From Adineta steineri (taxonomy: Eukaryota), in assembly GCA_905250115.1 (NCBI GenBank), contig CAJNOI010000031.1, positions 1 to 46,143 on the forward strand: a stretch of 46,143 bases of DNA, written 5' to 3'. The notes under the pieces are model-generated. The model was not told where the DNA came from. It ran no database searches and saw only the letters and a program-made list of their open reading frames with translations. Positions within the stretch are counted from its first letter, which is position 1, and each line of letters opens with the position of its first letter. Position numbers and translations under genes: made by a program. Below are positions 37,403 through 46,143 of this stretch, one piece after another.

Positions 37403-38587
37403 GGTGAAAATGAAGCTACAAATCGATGTGATATACCAGGGACAGCAGCATCAGGAGGACCTTCAGGAGATTGTCCATAAATTGATTTATCGATATTTGC
37501 CCGTTTATTTATTTATTTATTTATTTATTTCTAATATAATACTTATCTAAAATAAATTAACTATAATGAAACTATTCAAATATCTCTTAGTTTTCCTTTT
37601 TTTGTCTAAAATCGAATTTGCATGTCATTATTGTTTATAGTTCATTATATTGTCGAGACCGGAAACATCGCTTTTCTCACGACATGAAATGTCCTTCGAG
37701 TTTGACGACAAAAAAAAAAGATTTGTTGTTGTTATATACCATGATCAAGAGGCGGTAACAAATTAGCCGATTTTTTTCTAAAAAAAATTACGTACACATG
37801 CAAACAATACTATCTTATTTCAAACTCTGTCAATCTCATGTTCATTATTAGTTTCTTTTTCTCAACTATATTTATTCATGGGATGATATAAGACATGTTC
37901 AAGTATCTACAACTATCGTCCATGCAATTATTATCTAGTTAACATATATATATATATATATATATATACACATCTTCTTTCATTCATTTGTGCATCTCGC
38001 GCAATCATCACTAAGAACAAAATGCAAATTTTACTTAATGTAGATTAAAATGAGACTGACATAAAGAAAGAGAACCTTTGCTTGATTATCCTCATCAACA
38101 TCATTCAACGAACACTATACAGTCGTATTGAAGTGACCTTTTCTTTCTTTTCTATTCACAATCTACGCTTTCACATAATCAAGAGCAATCTGTCTGTATA
38201 TATAAGTAAGATTGAAATAATGAATTTTATACTATTTTAATTAGTCTTTCTCTTCAATGAGTTTTGACTAGACGATAAACATACTTTTCATTCTTTTTTT
38301 TTTCTATGAATATAAAAAAGATCTATATATCTGATAGTGTAGTGTACATTAAATGACAAAAGTCGTTCACTTGGGTGATTTCTGTCTTCTAATTAATGTC
38401 TTCAACAGTTATCTATTTGTGCTTGACCGATTTATCAAGGATCAGCCTTAATGAACTACTTGAGAATAACATGCTTTATTCTTTAATATACACTGAAACA
38501 AAAAATTTATTTTTATCTGACATTTTATTAGATTTATAAACCTATACTGTTCATCAGATATCGACTTTGATAATCTTAGTTTTTTCT

Positions 38588-39469
38588 TCATCTAATCTTT
38601 ATAAACAATAATGAATAAAACAAAAAAAAACAAAAAAAAATATTCATTGATAATGTTAGTCGATTAGAACTTTTTGATAATAAAGCACTGATACGTTGAT
38701 GTCTTTGAATATCTAAATAGATAAAAAAAAAAACTTTCGTTGTTTATCAAATAAAATATATCAATCAAATTTTCTTACCTTTTTCAATGATTACTTTGGC
38801 ACTTAATTGTTGACGTTTATAAACACATGTCCATACACCTGTATGAAATATTTGTGCATGTTCAATAATTAAATATGAAGATAATGTATTATTAACGAAT
38901 TTTTTTCTTATATATATATCATGAGGTTTTGTATTATTGATTTGATTTGATACAAAATGCCAAGTTATCAATGATTTTTTATGAGTATCATTCATATCAC
39001 TATTCATTAAAAGACTACAATTTAATTTAATACTTGCGCCTGGTTCAATATAAACATTTGTAGGATAGATCATCATTGGTATTTGTATATGTAAATGTAT
39101 ATAAATACTAACACTTACTTTTCTATTAGCTATTTTACATATATATGTACCTTCATCAGAGAATTTCAATTGATAGATTTCTAATGACCAAAATGAATCT
39201 TTTGATGATGTAGAATAAAATGATATTGAATAACGTTTATCAGTTGTAAATAATTGTTTTCCAACAGCTAATGGCGATGGAAATGACGTTAATGGATCAA
39301 ATTTAAACCATGTTACATGATGTTCACCTAAATCACGTATATGACATGTTAAAATAGCTGTAGACGAAAGATTTGATGTTTGATTATATGTTTCAGTAAG
39401 AATTTGTGGAAATGTGTCAACAGCTGTTGTTATATGTACCATTAAGATAGCTAAAGAAAACGTAAACAA
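38588..39469 (-). CDS. Two-immunoglobulin-domain type I membrane protein (signal peptide, 2 Ig-like domains, C-terminal TM). Exons 38779..39469 and 38588..38712
   Basis: MFTFSLAILMVHITTAVDT is a signal peptide. Ig-like Cys pairs: LTCHIRDLGEHHVTWFK ... DEGTYICKIA and IKLNCSLL...ITWHFV...GVWTCVYKRQ. The ORF ends at the consensus donor AAA G|GTAAGA (38779), and a 66-nt intron joins it in frame to DIQRHQRISALLSKSSNRLTLSMNIFFCFFLFYSLLFIKIR(stop), which contains a hydrophobic TM segment. Confidence 0.55.
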
Positions 39470-39782
39470 TTATGAAACACAAAAAAAAACGAATTAGTAG
39501 CAATCGATTAGATTGTTAATTGAACTTTGATGACTTACTGGAACTAAAGAATAAAAAAATTTGTTCAATAAGAATAAGAATATTGTTCATTATTAGAAAT
39601 TCGACTATATAACATGATTAGAATCAATTTCATCGTACATATATGAAGATTTGTTTATAATCGATTGTACAATAAAAGTAGCTATCGATTTTTTTGAAAT
39701 AACTTAGAACATGTTGGTACTAGTAGATGAAGGAGACAACATATACAAAAGAAGATGAATAAAGATTAGGGTTGTTCTTTCT

Positions 39783-39870
39783 GGTGGCGATAAGGGAAAG
39801 GCGAAAAGGAAAGAGAAGAGAAGAGAGAAGGAAGAAGAAGAAGAAGAGAAGAAAAATAAACTTAGACTAA
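39783..39870. repeat. Purine-rich GA/GAA low-complexity tract
   Basis: ggcgataagggaaaggcgaaaaggaaagagaagagaagagagaaggaagaagaagaagaagagaagaaaaataaac is almost all purine on the plus strand. Confidence 0.7.
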
Positions 39871-41567
39871 TGGAATTAGGAATAGAGAGAAAAGATATCT
39901 AACTTAGCTGTGTTGATTAAAGCAGCTAGCGAGAAAGAGTGCATACACAAAAACAATAAATAGAATATTCATTGCCTTTTGTTCAAAAGAAACTCTTCGA
40001 TAATCACAAAAAGATCAAATAGCGTGCATACAAATAGAACAACGATGCATCTTATTACTTGTTAATTCTTTTTACCATAATCGATCTAGTTATTGTCATG
40101 TGACTCTATATCATTGAATAGATCACACCTTGCATACTCTATATTGTTGAAACAATTAGTTTTCTCACTATGCGGAATTGAAGTGACAAATAGACTTATT
40201 GTTTTTAATTCTTCTAGTACTTCAAGGAAAAAAGACAATAAAGAAGTCGCGACATTATAGACGCGTGTCTATTCAAATCAATTCGATTTTGACGCATTTT
40301 CACTCAATCATTTATTCATACAGTGCACACAAGTACTACTACTCCCTGTCGCTGAGTTATTGAGAGTCATCATATGACAACAGCAAATTACTTTCTTCTA
40401 TCAGCTTTTCTTTCTGGTACTTATCTAAGTAAAAAACAAATATGTTCATGGACTCTTTCATGTCGTACTTTGCAATGAGAAATGTATGATTAAAGAAGTG
40501 TTAAATGATGAATAGAAAATCAAGGTTCTCTTTTTCTTTTCACATCGTTTCTTGAGAGTCATTATCAATAATACATCAATAGCTCAAAAGAATACGAAAT
40601 ATAAAAAAAAAATGATTATATAGCTAGTAGTATTCTGCATTTGTTTTTAATCTCGATAAGACCTAAATCGGTCAATAATAATAACAAAACAGAAAGATTG
40701 AACATTCTATAATGCATGTGCAAGACATTTGTGATGGTGATTAAACGTTATAGAAATTAATGTGAACAAGATGAGCACAAACATCAGACAGAAGAAGAAG
40801 AAAAAAAAAAGAAAACGTAGAATGATGATTAAATATTATTCAAATCTAGATCGATAAGTAGTATAGCATATTCTATATTATGATCTCTAGAGAAGTTAGA
40901 TGACCTTGTTTGTCTTATAAAAATATAAACAACAGGTTGAATTTAATTAGTCTACGACGTTCCTTTGGTATATAAAAATTTCTTATACAAAAAAAGGAAA
41001 AGATATGGTAATGATTTGTTTTCTTTAAGTATATGCAAAATTGATCATTGCTCATTGAAACAAGTGATATTATTATAAATGATAAAAATTCCTTTTGACT
41101 ACCGAATACTCAATGTAATCATTATATTTCTATCTAAAATGACCTTTTTCAATCGTTTAGATGAATATTCTCTACTTAATTTAAGACATATTGAAAGTTG
41201 TCTGATGACATTTAACCGATTATATGTTTAATAGACATAAATTAGACTTAATCTTCAACGAAAATTGATTATTTTCTTTCACAAGATTGTATTTTTAAGG
41301 ATGACAAATGAAAATTGACATAATCAATTAAGTAACCTCATACTAAAAGTATCATTTAATATATAATTATTTTTTTTTTGATCAAACTTTTAAATTAGCA
41401 AATAAAATGAAGACGTGAATATTTCATAGAGAAAATTTTATTTGAAGAGAAATGCATGTCAAGCTTAATATTAAAATATGCACACTGATACAAAAGCGTT
41501 TTTTTTTTGGAAAAACAACGTATATATTTATATTTTTTGACAATATAATTTGTTAATGAATTCATTT

Positions 41568-43119
41568 TTAACGAACTTGAGTTTGAGTACCAAATGCTGT
41601 TGCAGTAACTTCCATTTTATTAGCTCGTGCCCGTTTATCACCAGCTAGATATTTCATTTGTAATATAAATTCTTTACGAAATAATGTTGAAGTAAGACAA
41701 TGACTATAGAAATTTAGCTAAAAATAAAGGAAGGGTGATGTTGATTATATAAAAATAAAATAGACATACTGCATAATTGAGACTTTGAAACCATCCTAAT
41801 CCAATCCAAACACCTGCAACTTGCATAATTGAAGTTGAGATATTACTTTGCCGTGCTGATGTTATTTTATAAGTAGCTACAGGGAGTGTAGTAGTGAGAA
41901 AAATACCGATACTTGTAAGCATAAGAATGAACATTTGCCTTTGAAGATTTTTTTGGTGTTGACTTCTATGATGATCATGCGAACCATTTGTTGGTTGAAT
42001 TACCGCACGTTTTCGGGCTTGAATATTTATGTAAATATCGGTAAGAAATATAAGCATTAGAACGACTGGTATTAAACTTATAATAAGGATCTAAATTACA
42101 ATATAGATTACATAATCTTTTAGCATTAAAGAAGATTTCTAATGAAAATAATTTTATTTTAATGTATAGTTTTATTGAATCAATAACAATATTATTAATT
42201 GTGGATAATAGTATTTTATAAAAAAAAAAGAATACTCTATAAGATGCATTATGCCTGAAGTAAATATTCTATTTTCTCATCTTGTTAGTAATAACTATGA
42301 TTTTCTTTTGGAAAATGAAAATAACGATATTGTTGATTTCAAATAATATGCATCATAGAACCTTTTGTATTTTAAGCGAATTTTCTTATCAATTCATAAT
42401 AAAATCTCACTTTTTAATATTAAGTCTTTTCAAACTTCATTTACTAACCTGTATTATACTCCAAGTCAAAAAATAAAATATGAAGTAAGTACCACTATAA
42501 ATTGTCGGTCCACAAGCTATCATTGCAAATCCCGGTATAAGCATTCCATATAATGGAGTTAATACATGAGAATGAATACCAATATCCAGAAGAAGTATAA
42601 TAAACACAAGTAACATAGCCTTTTTCGGTGTACAAATAGAACCTGACTTATATGGAAATCGAGTACGAATCCATCGATCAAATGATATTATTACCAATGT
42701 CCATGCAGATAATACTTGTGAGACGTACATTGCAAATGATCGAAATCGACAAAATGAATCATATTGGATATGATGATAGAAAGGTATCTATAATTAAAAA
42801 GATTATTCTATTAAATAATCATATCGATGAGACTTACCTCTAAACCGAACTCGACAAAATCTATAACACACATGCATAGATATATTGTATCCGAAATAGA
42901 TAAGACCATAAATAAACATCCAGTTGATATTTTTCTCAATGATAAACGTGAGAAAGTAAGCAAACTAGCAATACTTCCAATAAAACCAAAGAAAAATGTA
43001 ATTGGATAACCAAATCGAAAGATTCCAATAACGACAGGAGGATTTACATATAAAGCATAATAATAATCCAGAGAAAAAGCAACGGTTGTATTTGATCTTA
43101 GTGTAGTTGTATTGCTCAT
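41568..43119 (-). CDS. Rhodopsin-like (class A) GPCR, intron-containing. Exons 42838..43119, 42449..42787, 41770..42090, 41568..41717
   Basis: Exon 1 MSNTTTLRSNTTVAFSL...PPVVIGIFRFGYPITFFFGFIGSIASLLTFSRLSLRKISTGCLFMVLSISDTIYLCMCVIDFVEFGLE covers TM1-2 with an N-glycosylation-type N-terminus. Exon 2 ...SFCRFRSFAMYVSQVLSAWTLVIISFDRWIRTRFPYKSG...MLLVFIILLLDIG... covers TM3 with the conserved Cys and a DRW (DRY-type) motif, plus TM4. Exon 3 ILIISLIPVVLMLIFLTDIYI...RKRAV...MFILMLTSIGIFLTTTLPV...WIGLGWFQSLNYA covers TM5-7. Removing the 52-nt intron GTATGT..TTTTTAG gives exon 4 LNFYSHCLTSTLFRKEFILQMKYLAGDKRARANKMEVTATAFGTQTQVR(stop), with a helix-8-like LFRKEF. The total is 1092 nt (363 aa) and all phases are 0. 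Confidence 0.65.
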
Positions 43120-46099
43120 TTTAAAGATATAGTAACGATAAAATTGTATGCTTTCCCAATTATATGTTTACGAATGGATACTAAATTAGAAAAAATATAA
43201 GTATTTTATATGTGGAGTAAATTTGCAAGATTATTCTATTTTAGGGGTGAAAAAGCTCATTACATATTTTTGTATTAATCTCTTGCTTTTTTTAGATCGT
43301 TATGAATAATTAAACTATACAATCAGAACACTATACGCATATTTAAATTTAACGAAGATATATAATTGATAAAACATTTTTGTGAACGTCTTATTTTTGA
43401 AATTCAAGATGATTTCTATTGTTATATGAGGTTAAAGAAAAGACTATTCACATCCTACTACATAGTCAAGACTCGCTGACAATAATGTAAAGCCATTATA
43501 TTAAGCTCTTTAGCAAGTCAACTTACACTGATTGACATCAAAAAATGATTTCAATACTAGAATATTGTATAGATTTTCGAAGAAGAATCTTTAATAATAT
43601 AAACAGATATATATCAATAGAACTTTCTAAGAAATTTTAGATATTTTAGGACAAAGAACAATGAAATATCAGATAAAATCAATGTTAGATTATATATACT
43701 TACATACAATGATCGTCTTGTAATTATGAGATTATATCGAGGGCAAGTGAGCTTGTTGTTTACTGCTTTAAAAAAAAGAAATAAAAAATAGCGGATATCT
43801 TGCTCTAACATTTCCATTTAAAATAATTATTTTCGAGTCTGATACACAAAACTATTAGAAAAATCTAATCAAAAATATATTCATATCCGCATACATTTCC
43901 ATACATTCTTTTATTTCTATTATCTTCACTATGACATAAATAAGTATCAAAAAATAAAAATTTCATTTAGTTATATTTAGAATGATTTTATATCTTGCTT
44001 ATGTACTCTTTAATATTTAGTAAATATTAACCTATTTCTTACATCGTGAGCATCAATTAAAATTAAGTAGTATAAAATATAATTAGTTTTCTCTTAATGA
44101 TTATAGAAAAAATAAAACGATTATCATTAAATCATATTTATATATACAAAGAGATGGTTTATAAGTAAAAAAAAACATAATATGACAAGTATTTTTTTCG
44201 CTTACGTATTCCATTTTATTTATCTATTGTAGATGATATAACTAGTTTCATTATTTGATCAATTATTTCAGTTAAGTTAACGTAGTAATCTAAGTCGTTG
44301 AATAATTAATAAATTGAAAAGAAGCGTGACATATCTGACTTTTTCCAGAAAATACCTTAACCATCAAAAAGGCATGTTATGATTATCTAGATAAAATCCT
44401 CATTAGTAATATTTAAAATAATGTATTCTCTATATTTATTTTTATAAACATTGTTAAATAATTAGAGTTATACATTTCCTAATATAATTATAAAAATGTA
44501 TTCTTCGTATTTTAATAGAAAGAAATAAACACTTGGTGTTTTCTAATTATTCTCAATAGCAACCAATACACTATCATGTCTATTTTCAGCGTGAAGAAGA
44601 TTAATTCCTCATTATTATTCTGCATAATCTATGCATTTTCTTCTGCTTAATATATTGAAAGTAATTTAAATGAGATACAAGTCTTCCAGAGTACAAATAA
44701 TTCATTATGTATTTTATTAACTAGGTCACATATGTGGGTGTACCTAAAAATTTCTATTAGATGACAGTAATCGTTTCAATAAACAACATATACTTTTCAT
44801 TAGGTTTTTAAACCGCTAATTACTGATTGGATTAAGCAGGCTATATGATCTGCTATATCATTACGTTTGATGATTTATAATCGTGATGTTTGATACAACA
44901 TGAAATTCTCATTTATGTTCTGAATTCTTTACAAAATAATGTTGTGACTATAGAAATTTACATACATTCAAGAGAAAAAAATACATCTTTCGAGGTTGGC
45001 GATATATATATCAATACCGTCTTGATGCTATTAATCGATAGAGATACCTCTAATATGTTTTTTAGGTGTGTAGAAAATCTTTTTATCGTTTATGACGTGA
45101 TATTACACAAGTGCAATCCTTCTTTCCTTTCTTTCTGCTTGCCAGTATCATATATCTATGTTCTGTCTGTTTTCCTTCGCTCTAAATGATGACGCATATC
45201 TTCTTTTACTCTAATACACTCCAGTGTAATCACTTTTTTCCCTATCTTGTAGATATGGCAGTATTCAATGCATTTATTATTTACAAAATGCATAACAATA
45301 TTTCTTCCTACCTATCTCATTTTTGACTTGAAATAAATAAGAAAATTTTGACAAAGTAACAGATCACAAAGAACGACTACTATTGGAAGACTATCTACAA
45401 GAGATTCATCTGATCTCTAGATATTTTCCTTCAATTAGTCCAAAAGCATGGTAATTAACAGTCTCTAACAAAAGCTATTGTTTGCACATTCCATGCTGTT
45501 CGACGTAATTACACGATATATTTGTTCTGATCGCAATACACCTCTATATATTATAGATTGCTTCAAGGACTACCATACAAAAATGAAATACGAATGACCT
45601 TTGACATACATAATTTATTATAAACAAAAATCAGATTTAAGGGTTTCTTATAAAAATTCGAAATTTAAAAAACAAAGTTGGAATTGGAACTCAAAGGGTT
45701 AATAATTAAAACACTGAATATATCAAGTACAAATATTGAAGTTTTTGAAAATAGATCCATTTAGACAAGTGTTCCTCTAATATTATCTGCTAAAAGCATA
45801 TACCACAAAATATATATGAACTTCCAGACTTTGGAAGACTGCACTAGTTTTTAAAATTCAGTTTCAATATGTTTTTGAGAAAGTTTTTACTTATATCAAT
45901 AAATTATTGGTATATCATACTATAGAATATAATCTTTTAAAACTCTTAAAAGATTGTACTTATCAGTATTTTGATTCATCCAGTCTTTCTAATGGATTCC
46001 AAGTGTGCATGTTCCAAATAAAGTGAAACCGAACAAATATATTTAACCTTCTCTAAAATGAATTAGGGCAATTATATATTCTTGTAAATCACTTGACAT

Positions 46100-46143
46100 G
46101 GCTCGGTGGTCTAATGGTATGATTCTCGCTTTGGGTGCGAGAG
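46100..46143 (+). tRNA. tRNA-Pro (anticodon UGG), 5' part; truncated by the window edge
   Basis: ggctcggtggtctaatggtatgattctcgctttgggtgcgagag is near-identical to the canonical eukaryotic tRNA-Pro 5' half (GGCTCGTTGGTCTAGGGGTATGATTCTCGCTTTGGGTGCGAGAGG...). The D-arm is GGTCTAATGGTATGATTC. The anticodon stem ctcgc/gcgag flanks the loop tttgggt, placing the anticodon TGG at 46132..46134. Confidence 0.8.

Noticed and set aside
42282-43009. Four short plus-strand ORFs (42282.., 42365.., 42652.., 42827..)
   Set aside because: All are antisense to exons or introns of the minus-strand GPCR, which has coherent 7TM structure.
44890-45189. 99-aa plus-strand ORF in the right-hand gene-free region
   Set aside because: There is no similarity or domain pattern. 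The surrounding 3 kb is AT-rich with no splice-consistent partners.

Overview
This is AT-rich (about 70% A+T), intron-containing metazoan nuclear DNA, probably from a flatworm-like invertebrate, though the organism is not certain. There are no prokaryotic features such as operons or CRISPR arrays. Most introns are very short (about 50-90 nt, canonical GT-AG) and genes sit 70-400 bp apart, sometimes in divergent pairs. By homology-style reading of the translations I count about 19 protein-coding genes plus one partial tRNA at the right edge (a 20th feature, the 19267..19808 ORF pair, is only a candidate gene). The genes are: a partial major vault protein, an SLC35E-like transporter, two unrelated rhodopsin-like GPCRs, a Disabled (Dab) PTB adaptor, a single-domain ACE-like M2 peptidase, a Dpy-30-motif protein, a mitochondrial-type HINT, PPIL3 cyclophilin with a 24-nt micro-exon, two tandem FLVCR/SLC49-like MFS transporter paralogs, an FBXO31-like F-box protein, LSm1, an N-myristoylated protein of unknown function, a type-II alternative NADH dehydrogenase (NDH-2), a tandem-domain histidine-phosphatase (PGAM-like) protein, and a two-Ig-domain membrane protein. 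The most unusual gene is a single 512-codon ORF that fuses an apparently intact NMNAT domain to a C-terminal Ser/Thr-kinase-like domain; it lies between the two MFS paralogs on the opposite strand. Other points worth a second look are a roughly 485-bp long-armed imperfect inverted repeat (foldback or MITE-like) inside an SLC35E intron, an apparent AT (not GT) splice donor inside the second RHG catalytic motif of the PGAM-like gene, a 52-nt terminal micro-intron needed to recover helix 8 of the second GPCR, a GC-rich island ending in a T-run, a GC-rich intronic hairpin, and a partial tRNA-Pro(UGG) at the window edge. Splice coordinates were derived by hand and may be off by 1-2 nt in places.
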